A DNA stretch of 58,387 nt, counting the filler, from Sphacelaria rigidula (lineage: Eukaryota): NCBI GenBank assembly GCA_964200075.2. It is 2 parts of 2 records of this genome, joined end to end, with 100 filler letters (N's around TTAATTAATTAA, not from the genome) between each part and the next. Parts side by side here need not be neighbours in the genome. Positions count along the whole stretch, not along the records: positions 1 to 29,146 come from CAXNAA020000087.1; 1 more part is not named here. One strand, written 5' to 3'. Positions 1-13,100 of this stretch are shown in pieces. The first letter of the stretch is position 1, and each line of letters opens with the position of its first letter. The position numbers and the translations under genes are program-made. The notes below the pieces were generated by a model that saw nothing but the letters and a program-made list of their open reading frames with translations, was not told the origin of the DNA and searched no databases.

Positions 1-439
1 CATGCCCCCCCCCCCCGTCTTGTAGGACCACCCATTGCACGGAGACAAGAAAAAATGATCGCGGGTGAAAAAGTTATCTACACGAGATCTACGCACATTT
101 CTTTGGGGTTATGATTCTACGTTCTCGGGGCCCGCGAACCTGGGGAGCGAAGTGGAAATAAAGCCCAGATATTGATTCGCACGGTAGGAGTCAGTTACAC
201 TACAAGTGCGTAATTTTCATACGAACCGTTATTTCTCCGACCCCTGGATGGTTTTCTTGAAGGGCCTGCTGCGTGGGTCATAAGATGTGCTGCACTGTAC
301 GGTACTTTTTGTCCTCAAGAGAGTTCCTTTCACCGGCTTTCACATACCGTGTATACATGCGGTAGCATCGGTCCGCAGCACAACACTGTGCTGGCTGTAG
401 AACAGGGGACATGAGGTAACACCAACGGTGAATGTTTTG

Positions 440-741
440 TTTTTCCCCTCACACTTTGAACCCCCCTCCCCTTCCTCGGGATGAGTCCGTGGTCTCGAGG
501 GATCAACCCATCACTCCCCCGGTATGCGCCTTTCATTTTGGTCTCGCGGATTGGGTCAGCATTCCCCCACCGCGTCAACCCGCGTCACACAAATCTAGTC
601 GACTACTTTGTTTACCCACGTTCTCACGTTTTCCACGGTGGAAATCATACATTACGAAGAAGGACCCCAACGCATTGGTGATCGAACCCCCGTTCCTCCA
701 CCCAAAAGGCGACAGTCCGACGACCATTACACCACCGGGGC
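440..741 (-). mobile_element. tRNA-headed SINE-like element, family 2
   Basis: Minus strand GCCCCGGTGGTGTAATGG (A box) ... GGGGTTCGATC (B box); body partly shared with ~6990-7130 (gttgac..tgctgacccaatc..ctcgagac). Confidence 0.55.
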
Positions 742-3490
742 GCGGCGGCACCACGCACCGGGAAAATGAAGAACCGAGGGAAGTGCTGTTCCCAAGGGCA
801 CACGGATGCCAAAACTAGCTTCTCTTTGTTGCGCACTCTTGCTGGAGAACCGTAACCACCCCGGACAGGCTCCCGCCCTTCCTAGTCTGGGTCCGATCCA
901 GAATGAAGGGGAACCCTAGAACAACGCCATGATATCCCACCCAAGGAAAGTGGCTGCCTTGAGGAGGCGAAATCGCGATGTATATCAACATGACCAAAGC
1001 AGAGCACACTGAGCAGCTGGGAGCTCCCATGATTGGGGTCGTCTTCTTCTTTGTCGCCCATATGAGGACCTCAATGCAGTCTGAGGTCAGCATCATGCGC
1101 AGTATGACCAATTTCTTCGTGACTGTTCGGGGCTGTTTTTTTGGTGGGGGGAAGCCTGTCGCAGCAGCACTCGACCCGAAACCGGAGAAGTTTCCGTGAA
1201 GCGTAACCCATTTGCGGAGGAACTCCTCGTCACGGTACAAAACGGGTACCTTATGCCTTGTACCCTATTGGGACTCTGCCAAGCGAATGCTTTATTCGTC
1301 TCCGTGGGCGTGGTACTCTTGACGTGGTGTGTGTGGTATGTTCGTGTGGCGATAACCTCTCAAACAACAGCACTGCCAGGCGGTAGCCTCCACACCAATC
1401 GCAATTGAATACTCACCACATTTCACACGACTTTCCATGATTGTTGCATCATTTTCGGGCATTGGTCAGTTATAACCTCATCGTGAAAACCATGTGTTGT
1501 TGCATTATTGATCATTCGAAACGTTAGCCACCCCATGGACCCGCAGTGGGCAGTACAGTCACATCTCGGTCACCTCCTCAGCACCGGGGGCCAGTCGCAG
1601 TCGTAGTAGGTCGTTCACTGTGCGCAGCACAAAAGCACAACAGCACTGAACGCACAATCATCGGCCAGAGACACATGAAGAGGCATGCACACGGGTCGAT
1701 TACTTCTTTACCCCCCTACCCCCACAATTTCCAAGCACATTCGCTGTTGCCCTCGTCAGTCGGTTCCCCAGAAACACAACACAGTCATCAGCAACCTGAC
1801 ATCTAACTAAATAAAAACGTGGCAAACAACTCCTAGGCTAATATGTTCCGAGACAACATTTTGGGGACACCTATCCGTCTACTTACCCATTTCAGACGAT
1901 CTCTTACACAATTCAAAGCGCCCGCGACTTCGCCCCCAAGACCCTCTCAAACACAGGAAGAAAAAAAAAAAAGTTGTGGTGAATGTTCTTGGTCACAACC
2001 TTGATGAATACCCACACGAGAAATCAAATGGCAACGACATCGTCATACTCAGGGACTGGTAAAAAGGAGACTTGTCGGCTGCGCTCTACTTTTAGCAGAA
2101 TATCTGTCGCTAATCATGCTCGGGGAAAGCGCATCCCAAACGCCGTAAAAAGCCATCGTGCTGGTGGAATGAATAAAAGGGTCGTGAAGATAATCACTAC
2201 GCGCAATAGGTAGGTAGACCGCGGGCATGCAGCTTGTTCCAGCGGCTCGAAGAACCCTGGGACATACATATAACCGTCGCCGGCTCTCTTCGCCTCTTTT
2301 CTCCACCGTGCACAGAAACCATCCGAACGATGATCGATGTTCCTAACGAAAATGCAAAAGGGACTAAACAAACCTAATATTCCGATGCCCTCACAGGTTA
2401 TTAGCTTTTGTCTGACGCGTTCCGCCAAGTAAACGATGCTTCAGTAACACCGTATCGTTGTAATCGACAGTAGGAGAGGGGGGGGGGGGTGGCGTGAAAT
2501 TCGCCCTCAACACACAACAGTGCTTCACAAATATACAGATCAAAATTGACCAAAAATCTTTGTAGTCGCAGCATACGTCAGTTGACCGTGTGTGGAAATG
2601 AATCCCCCTCGGGAGGCGTTCTAATCCTAGAGCAGTCGGGTGAGGTCCTGAAACAAGAGGCACACTTCCAGAGCCATCATCTGCAACAAGAAAGAAAAAA
2701 AAGCCAGATAACTGAGAGACGGGAACGCGTGTCGACTTCAAGAGCCAGTTTGTGGCCGTTATCACCAATGACTAAAATAGCCTGCAGATGCATCTCGCCC
2801 GAAGCATGAACTGAGGGAAGCGCTTGTGCTTCAGCAACTAGTACACTGCGCCGTATCAACTCCACAGGATGAAATCGTGTGTTCAACAACAGCAGCTACT
2901 TGAGTAAACTCATAGACGGTCTAGTATTTGCTACAGGGGACAGGAATAGTAGCATAGCACTTGAGCCGGAGAAAAACAAAAATAATCGGTTTTTATTTCC
3001 ATCATCATGTGCTTGGAGGAGACAAAACAACACCCCTCCCCCCCAAAAAATCGCAACACTCGACTCGGCGCCACAGTACACACCTGTGTGCCTGCCACTC
3101 GCATCTAGTCAACAGGAAACAAAACGAAAACGAGAAACAATTCCTCGTGTCCGTTGCATCGTGCAATACTTCTGTTCATGCTTCGAAAGGCACAGCCATC
3201 ATCAACACAGTACACCAAGCACTACGCTTAAGCCCGACCAACAAGTAGCACGACATGGTAAACGACAGCCATCCTATACGCCCACCTAGCGTTGACGGTG
3301 AGCACAGCAGCATCACGTTGGGGACACATACGTCGATACTCTCCCCCGCTAGTTTAGTGGTTCCGTCCCATACAGTCCGCATTCGTGTCTCAAGATACCG
3401 TTCAGGCGTTTCAACGGACAAAAATAAATCTCCCCCCATCTGTAGCCGGTACTCCGCTGCTGAATTTGCTGGGCCTGTGGAGATATGTCA

Positions 3491-3520
3491 TCAGCCCATG
3501 TGGACCTCAGCCGGAATGCC
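3491..3520 (-). CDS. Desaturase terminal exon (GIPAEVHMG*)
   Basis: ctgcag acceptor, TGA stop. Confidence 0.8.
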   Translation of the reverse strand, partial: GIPAEVHMG

Positions 3521-4099
3521 CTGCAGATTGTTGGACGAATGCATACACACACAAAAAACGGAAAAAATGTAGAACACAGCAGGAGGAGAATTCCCACGAG
3601 GGCATAGACAGACGTGGAAATGAACGATAAGCGTAGCCATGCACAGGGAATCGACATCGTCAAGCACCACAAAACCAACAAACACCGTAGTATACGAACG
3701 GTAGGGACGCGATGGAAAATGACCATCACCATCAGTACGCAACTGCAATTCTTATTTCATTCCACTTCTCAGGTGCTGCAAAGGTGTACGGAAAATGACA
3801 GAAGAAAAGAAAGAGTACAGTTCATACGTACAAACGGAGCGATGGGGAAAAGGACGAAAACACGCTGTACATACAACATAGTAGACTGTAAACACGAACC
3901 TGCTGCCCCATGTTCTTGAGGTGCCTGATATGCGCACTCATGGCCTCCCAGAAAGTGTCCAGGTGTATGTAGTTCACCCCGTACTTCTTGCAGACTTCCT
4001 TGATAATCGGCGCAATAGCCGGGTAGTGGTACTGTTGTAGTGTTTTAGCACCATACAATACATCATGCCGTCGCCCGAGTTAGCGCGCGCGCACAACAC

Positions 4100-4130
<31 letters not shown>

Positions 4131-7100
4131 CGGGGAGCGAGTGGACACAAAGCAGCGTTGAGGTCTATGCTTGCGCTCATCATGTGGCGGTTCAATCTTT
4201 CATCCCGTCATCATCCATGATCCGATCTTTTCTTTTTCGGCTCTTGTTACCGTTGCTCAGTTTCCTCGGTTGTTCCCTCTCTTGGGCATTTCAGTTTTAC
4301 AACGTCCCGTCCTACCGAGACTCAAGGACATTCTCCGAGAGCGATCTCGTGGCCATCTAGTGGACACCCGAGGAATATTCCTCCTGGCTTCAAGTTTTCA
4401 ATAATGGGAACCAAGGTTCTTGGACACAAACATACGGCATGTTGGATTCGCATGAGTGATTCAAGCTTTGAAATAGACCAACTCTTGAAAAGCGGGGAGC
4501 GTACTCATTTGTTGCTTGCCTTATTAACCGTCGTTTGCCTATTGACCACGCATCTCCTTCGAGACAGAGCACCGTTCCTACTCCTGATAGAGACAGACAC
4601 CTCCAACATTCGGGTGTTCATTACGTTTCTTCCATACATCACACAATTCCACCCCACATATCTTATTTTTTCGCCGCCTGTGGCCAATTAAAAAAAATAA
4701 GATACGTGTTTTCGCTACCTGCAATGTATCAAACGGTTTCATGTCATCTGCGTTTCATTTCCCACATTCCTCCGGTCAAACACGTCCCATTACTTTTTGT
4801 ACAGTTCACATTCTGCCACTATATGAGTCCTACTCTCTACTGCTTTGCCACAGGGGGAGGGGAGGGGGGGCAAACGTCGGTCACGATCGGGTCGTGAGGT
4901 CCATGTCCACGGTTGATCGAGAGATTTTCTTCGTAGCGTCATTGGCAAAGCGGATCGGTGATCGCGCCCTTCGCTGAAGCCTCAAAATATGCAGAAAACA
5001 AAATATGTGCCTACGGGGAGAAGGGTGAGTGGGTGAGTCGGTGAAGACATTACCCGATGCATCATACCCGCCGGTCACTTGTCGACACACGGGTAACTAC
5101 GACACAGGACCATCGCAGTAGGGCGAAGACGAGAAAGGTTCCCCCTACCCATTTGCCTCATGCTTCGGTCAATACTGACCTGGCTGACCCCGGGAAACAG
5201 GTGGTGGGTGACCTGATAGTTAAGGGCTCCCGAGAGGAACGCCACCATGCTGTTGTCATGGCAGTAGTCCACGCAGCTTTTCACCTGACATGACGCGAAT
5301 ATGAACAAAATGAAGAGGGATGACTGACTGGGGAGGAAAGCAGGCTGAAACGGCCGACAAGACCTAGCAGATACGCAAAACAAACAAATATCCAGAATTA
5401 CGCAAGAGTGCTCTGCATAACGACCCGGCTCATTTAGGCCCTTTGGTCAACGCTACATTCCTGAAACTCGCTATTAATAGGGTAGAGTTGAGCGTATGAG
5501 TTCGGTAGCATACGATGCTTCCAAGGTTGTGTTCTATAGGGTACGGGTATGCTCCGTGGGTTATGAAACTTCAAACAGAACATAAAGAACTGCCGGGTAC
5601 CGCCATGTAAATCTGACAGAACTTACGGAACATGTCGGGAACGGCATTGAGGTTGTACACAAACCCTCACCCGAAACCGGGTATCTCTGCAAGGGTATAC
5701 CCGTGCCCCGGCATGGGAGGCTTGTATAACTCACAGAACGGTCGGTTACGGGTAATAACGGGTAAAAATCTCGGGAATTAAAAAAAATCGCACCCTACAG
5801 AAGCACAACCTCGTGTAATTCCTTCTGCTGAAGAGTACAGTATCTGGATCTGGGTCGTTGGAAACGTGAAGACATGAGTAGGAAGGAGGAATTACTTCAC
5901 GATAGTGGATGAGGTGCTAGAGTGCTGATGGTCATCATCCAATCCGCGGTACGAAAATACCAGGTATGTACCGGAGAAGAGCCGGAGTAATCCCTTCCTC
6001 GCTACTTTCTAATGATCTAATACACCGAACTATTTCATGTCACCTTTATATACTTCCCACATTTCCCCATTAAACACGTCCCGCTGCTCCTTATATAGTT
6101 CACAATCTGTCACTATATCTTATACTCTCCGTTGCTTTTCCACAGGGGCAATTCTGTGCATCTATTTCCTCTAATCGACTACTGGTATACCTCTTCGTAG
6201 TCCCGAAGGGGGAGGGGTGGTAGTCCTTCAGGGGGACCTCACCCCCATACACATACGTGTTCCGCTGTCACCACTACTGTTCGTGGAAAGTATTTTGTGC
6301 GAACATGAAAAGCACCGACAAGAGTGCTGACCTACTTACTCAGCGATACAATTCATCTCGCCATCAACCGTTTGCGTTGAGCTCACGAGTGTAAAGAGGC
6401 TTCCTGCTGACTCCGCGATAGGACCAGAAGATGAAATGTCGATACAATTCCGCCGTACCCGGATCAGTATCCGTAGCTTTTTATTTTTTGTAGGACCACC
6501 GCTACTTACGGTATATACCTCAAGAGACAAATGAGCCCTTTGACGACCCGCAACTCGAAAAAAGGAGAGAAAAGACGGCATAAAAGGATTTTAATTTTTG
6601 AATAAATCAAATACCTGCGACACGGCCCACTCGTCTTCAATCATGTCCTTGGGCTCCGCCCCGAGAGGGTAGTCACACTCCGTCGAAACGTGCGACACCT
6701 GCAGTGGGAACAAAAATGCCAACATATCACACACGTTAGTAGGTCTTTGGTTGTGAGCGCTGGTTGCCGCCTGGATATTTGTTTCAAGCTTTGCCGAATC
6801 TCTGTCCAGAACACGGGTATTCCTGTCATGCCAGGAGGCTAGACAATTCCTTGGGGTTAGCAAAGCAAATCACGACAGGGGATTGATTTCTTCGTTTCCT
6901 CGTTACTACAGGAAAAAAGAGAAGGATGAATAAACGTCCACACGCCCTGTACAGCTGTTGCACCCAAAATCTGTTTCTGGTCGTAAAAAAAACGTGATAT
7001 TGCGAGGAGAGAAACATGAGGACGACGAGAGTTGACGGGGTGCACTAGTGCTGACCCAATCAATCATTGGCAGTGAGATGTAATGGCCATTGAAGGGGGG

Positions 7101-10100
7101 GGAAATGGCTCGATTTCTCGAGACTACACTACAAGATGGCCCCGTCACTGGAGGAGAAGAAATAATGAGACCCTAGATTTTTTGCTGTCCAAGAGTTGGG
7201 ACCTGAAATCTTGAGGAGAGGTGTAAGTCGATAATCTCGAGGCCATCATTTAAGTCGGAAGTCTCTCAGTTCCCGGAGCTAGGTTCATTTGACTGCACAT
7301 ACAAGATGAAGAAAAAGATTCGCCCTGACACCGAAATTTTTAAAAAATAATAATCGTACAGCCCCGGAGGCTCAGTTGGTAACCTCGAAACCTTGTGACG
7401 GTTGGGTCGTGGGTTCAAATCTCGGAGCGATCTGGGAGTTTTTCTCATATCATGCTCAACAGTGCAGAGCGACCGTGTCGTAGGTACGCCAAATTCGACT
7501 CAACGGTCGACAAGGGAATGGGACTGCTAAACTCCTCTCGCAATGAAAAGGAAAGGCAAGCACCGCAGAAGGCAGGTGGGGTGCTAAAAGCAAACAAACA
7601 AACAAAAAAGCTCCAGTGTTGACTTTCCTCCTGTGTGACCCCGGCTGGTGCGCCCACATATACCGAAAGGTGTAGACCGGCGTCCAGAATAGATGGGACG
7701 AAAACACACAATAAAAAAGTAAAGAAACAAAAATACTGTAAGGGTGACTTTAACCCTTACATGGCAAGAGTAATCCATCGGATCATGCGTACTTTGTAGA
7801 GGTGAAATTGATGCCGGTTCAAGACAAGACCTACTCTCGCCGTCAAATGGTTCAACTCATCGATTTTGCACTTCTCCAATATTAGGCCCTGATTCTCAAG
7901 ACGTCGAGCGAAAAATCGGAATCGAAGATATTCCAAGGGCGTGGGAATCCCATAAATTGTAGGACATTCATCGTTCGACGGTACCATCTCCGCCCTTGAT
8001 ATCAGCTACACGACCACAATTTCCAGCGCAGCAATTGAGTGATGAAAGTGCCAGGATAGCCGATCAGAGCATATCGTGCACTCCGAGTTTGCTATATCGT
8101 TGCAGGGAATCTACTTGTCTTGCATTGCGCGCCGGAGATACTGTCTTGTTGTGTCGGGTAGTGGGACCAACCTGCACGGACTTATCCCTAGAAGGGGCGG
8201 GGGGATGTACTCATGATCATGCATGCCAAGGGGCGGGGGGTTCACTCATGATCTTGATTGCCGTAGTCATATAACCGTTGACCTCGCAAGGCCAGAGCAC
8301 GCCGGGTTTTCGCTGGACCAGGTTTGCACTCAATCATCAAGCACGAAGCGCCGTGATGTGTTCGGCGAGTTGAATGAGGGGTGAGCTGCATCCTGCTAAG
8401 ATTGTTGGACCTGAAGCGTACTAATTTCAGTGTCTTGCATGCGAATGGCAGCCTCGAATGAGCTGCTTCATTTCCTGGTATCGCCACTTTCAGAGACAGC
8501 CACGAATTACACTGCTTCATGGGTGACCCTCACTATTCAAACACCATGTAGCCTGGGGGAAGGGGGAGGGGGAAATATGACGGAAATCTACCCTTGGCGT
8601 ACCTGGAAGTTGAAGGCCAGGTACCATCCCGTGAACCACTCGGAGATGACGAACAGAGTAACAAACAGAGCAGGCGTCCCGACGCCCTCGAAAAATAAGA
8701 AAGGACTGGCTAGCCTCCACGCCGCCCAGAACACCTTAGCTGTCCACCTATGCCACGACGTGAGACCGGACGGAAGACGTACCCGGCAAAATCAGCCGAA
8801 AATCAAGGGATACACAACAAAATGAACAGCCGAACACGGGGAAAATTTGAATTGAGGCAGTATTTCATCAGTCAACATTTTTGGTGCGAGGAATCATGCG
8901 ATAGCCAGTTTCCAATCAGCTGTTTCGGCTGCGATGTATTGTGCAATTGTCATTTTCCAATCAAATATCTCGGCTGCGTTGTATCGAGCAGAGAGTCGTT
9001 TTGAACTCAGCCCTTTTGGATGCGACGAATCGTGCAACAGTCATTTCTAATCAACTCTCTTGTTTGCGTTGTATCCCACAACGAGTCATTTTCCAATCAA
9101 CCAATGTCTGTAGATACAAACGCCGATCCAGGCGCTTCTGGCTTTATTTCAAACACCCAAACTTCCTAGCACAGAAGGTGCCAGACATGACTGCAGACAA
9201 GGGTTCAACCCCTGGACCACACGAAGAGTTTGTAATGCCGACTACATAGGAGCAGTAGCACGCAGTACTTCACGCACAGAATGGCTCATGAACATAACAT
9301 GATTTTCAAATAAACTTTGAGCGTGACTGATGACGGCTACTTTTTCCAGTCTGCCATCATATGTGAAGGTGAAGGTGAAAACAAAACGAAAGAGTGAATT
9401 GAAACGAGTCGTGCTTACGCGTCCATCTCGGAAATTTACGTTTTTGAACGAATTTGACACCAACCCAAAGGCATACGCAAACCCTCGGGCAAAGGAGGGG
9501 GGGGATAAAAACGGTCGTCTGGGTAAAGGGTGCGTTGGTAGACCTCAAAACGGTGCCGAAGTGAGCAAAAACGTGTCAGGGGCAAGCTGGGAGCACTTAG
9601 GACCGTTCACCTCCACTACAGATCCGAAAACCGGCGTTCCCTCTAAAATCAAGTGATCGACCATTTTGACGACGAAAAATAAAGAGGCTCTACTGCTTGA
9701 AACAAAAAAAAAAGTGCTGAGAAATTGAGAACGTTTGCTGTGTCTCACGTGGGAGAGAGGGGGGAAGGGGAGAAGGTTCACATGGGCAGTAGTTTTTCCA
9801 AGTCCTTCATCTCTTTTGCAAACACTCACATTTCCGTCCATCGGTAGTACGAAATCGGGTTGACCCGCACTGGCCCGTTGGTTTTTCCGAAGAACGTATC
9901 CGTCAAGTCTTGGATGCGGAACTGGAAAAAGAGAGATTTTTTTTTAATATTATTATTATTAAAAAAAACGAGAAGTGAAGAAAAGGTAACGAAGACAAAG
10001 GAAAAAAAAAAAGGCGACAGAAAATAAACAGGAGAAGCATCAGGGGAGCACGCGAAACCGAATATACCATCTCAATATGATTGATCTTGGATATGTACAC

Positions 10101-13100
10101 ATTGCTGTACAAAAGATTTACTTGAACGAGAAAAGAACGTACCATTCTTGGCAGGAAACCAAAACCTACATACATTGGAATACGCAACATGCGAATACCA
10201 ACGAACGGAAAATCATGACACAGTACCGTAAGATCATGAAAATTGAATCATCTCCAACATTTCTTTACGTTACATTATTATATTAAAAAAAGACTCCAAA
10301 ATTCTTCACCTTGAGGCCGAGAATCCCGTACAGAGGGGGAAGGTATAGATGCTGGTACCGGTACACAGAAGACCACTTCTGCCTCGAAACCAGTCGTCGG
10401 GGGTCCCCCTCGTCGGCTACCGGTAAATCAGGGTCCGCGCCATACACGTTGGTGTAGATGTGGTGCCCCACAACGTGCTGCACACGAAAGACAGCGCACG
10501 TGTTCAACAAACGCGGCAACGACGTAACAACTTCAGTGAGAGCCAAGGCACCGGAATGAAAACACTAAAATTAACCGTGTAAGACATTCCAGAGGTATTG
10601 CATTATTTGTACGTACCACCAGGATGATGAAACGAATGTCCTGTGCAGTAAGTATATGCATGGCTTTCAACACCCGCAGCCACCACTGCTTTGCATTCAA
10701 AAGGCACAACAGCTCAAGCTGGTTTCTGCACAATGGGGAAGTCCTTTTCTGAGTTTACTCTCAAATGTCTGTTCTACCTTTTCTGTTTATCATTTTCTTC
10801 TCTAGCCGTCGGGTACGTCTCTCATGTGACGACGGCTGGATCATGACTCCTGGGGGATCAGTTGAAGTGCGACAATCAATTCATCAATTCATTCACGGCA
10901 AAGGTATGAGAGCTAGTATTATGAAGTGATGTAAGCAGTTCTTTACACTACAGTGCAACAGTAGTAGGCTGGTTCACGATCATCACCCAAAATTATTTCA
11001 TCAGTAAATGACATTCGCAATACTCACTCAGTAGCATACTGACCGCCATGCACAGCTGAAGAACGTGACATAGCCGGATTTGTGTTCAAGGCCATAATGG
11101 TAGCGCCAAGGGCGAAAAGGTACCTCACCGAATCAGCGCTCTTAGGATTATGGACAGATCGAAAATACGGAGTCCAAGCCCAAGTTTCACCCACTTCGCA
11201 CATACTTCATATCGTAGTAATCACCATCACCTCGAAAATCCAACGGAAAGGAAACATTTGAAAACGGTTACTACGGGTTCGCAGTGTACCCGAAACAATG
11301 ATGTTTCGATGGTCTAGGGTTTCGGCGTCGTCTACTTTCCACTCATGATACGCAGGAAAGACCCAGGGAGCCTCGTGACGGTTTCCCTCATATCTGTTGT
11401 AGAAAAGCTCAGATCGCTCACAAACTTGGCAGTTTCGGAGGTATTGATGCTCCAAGTGGAAAAATTAATTCTCGACAATATTTCAAAGTTCCTCCGTTCT
11501 CAACCGGCGTCCGGGGGTCCCAGTACAAAGACCCCCCCGGAAGGCGGTACAGAATGTCTAAAAACAAAAAAAGAAGAGAATGATGCGTCGTCCCGGGATA
11601 GTCCAAGGAACACATGTACAGAGTTTGGTCCAGAAACTTGACAACCTCACACACGTTGAACTACCCCCAAAAGACGTTTTCACACTAAAACCAAGTAGTT
11701 AGGAGTTTGCACGTTTGAAGCTCACGTCCTCGCCAACACCGGAGGTAGGTACTCGTAGGGGGGAGGGACTTACTTGACCACCCCCGTCCTCTACGGGATC
11801 GATTTGGACCCTACCTACTATGGTTCTGTGCCTAACCCTCATCTCTCATCGTATGAGGAGGGACGGGAAGGGGGGAGGAAGTTGTGGATGCTGGGAAGAA
11901 AAAAAAAAGGCATCTTTGTGTAATATGTGGACAACAATATCCCTCCCTGACCTGATAGTGCCAGGATGTCAAGTTGGCACCCGCGAAGAAGTCCATAAAC
12001 AAGCGCCCTGCCGTGGAGTGCCATGCCTGAGTCCGCCCGAACGCCGTGTGGGAGCAGTCGTGCATCACGTGCAGCAGGGGGAGAGCCTGCCGTAAGAAAA
12101 AAAAAAGAGATGGAGAGATATATGTAGACAGGAGGAGACAGCAACAGGATCACACAAACGCAGGCGTTGACGGAGACACAGTCGCAGAAACAGAGAGACA
12201 GAGAGGGCGGGGTATTGAGGTCCATATAAGAGAACCAGAGACATATGGAGCCAGATGACGAAGCCAGAGACAGCCCAGAGCTGATGCGGCAAAGAAAGAG
12301 CGAGCGACAGAGGAGGCGAAAAAGAGAAGAAGGCTCTCCTAATTAATGTAAAAATACATACTACGATACTACGATCGTACACCATTTTTTTCTTGGCATT
12401 ATTTCTCGCGTACCCCCCCCCCCCGAAAGTCAGGTCTCCGGACACTGCTCCAGAGAAAAGATGAGCGGCGGTTCGGTTTTGTTGGAAACTTCGCGTTGAA
12501 ATCATGGGCTGTACAATTCACATGCCTGTACAGGTGCATCGATGCCCGCGATGAAGGTTCAGGCCGACTAGCGGCCGTGAGTGACAGCAAGGCGAACAGT
12601 ACAGTGCTGGAAACTCGGGACATGATCACGAACAGGTGTTCACACACTCTTGCAAAAACATTCAAAGTACAGGAAGGATAATCGCAACATTAAACCATGA
12701 GTAAAAATATACTTCGAAGTAGAACATTAGGGTTTTGTCAACAGAGCATATTTGCCAGATTTTTTCCTCCTCTTTTCCCAAGAAATTGGATATTTTCCCG
12801 ACTTTTGTTTGACTTTTCCAAATATATAGCTGCTGCAAAGAAAAGGTCCCACGCAAGACCTCCACATAAATCTGTAGTCAGTCTTCGATTGACGAATTCC
12901 CTGATCAAGAAATCTACCCTCACTTTTTTCAAACATTTTCACCGGAAATATTCGTACTTTTGTAGAAGAAATAAAGAAGACTCGTAATTATCCCTCCTTT
13001 TTGGCCGATTGATTCGAGATGCCCCTTCTTTGTAACGTTTTTTTGTCAACATACAAGCATGTATATGTATATATAAATATATATGAATCGTGCGAGAGAG

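Noticed and set aside
815..1240. 141-aa minus-strand ORF
   Set aside because: No recognisable domain or convincing splice context; cannot be supported as a gene
7361..7440. tRNA gene
   Set aside because: The acceptor and anticodon stems do not close properly, and it continues into a dispersed repeat body, so it is a SINE head
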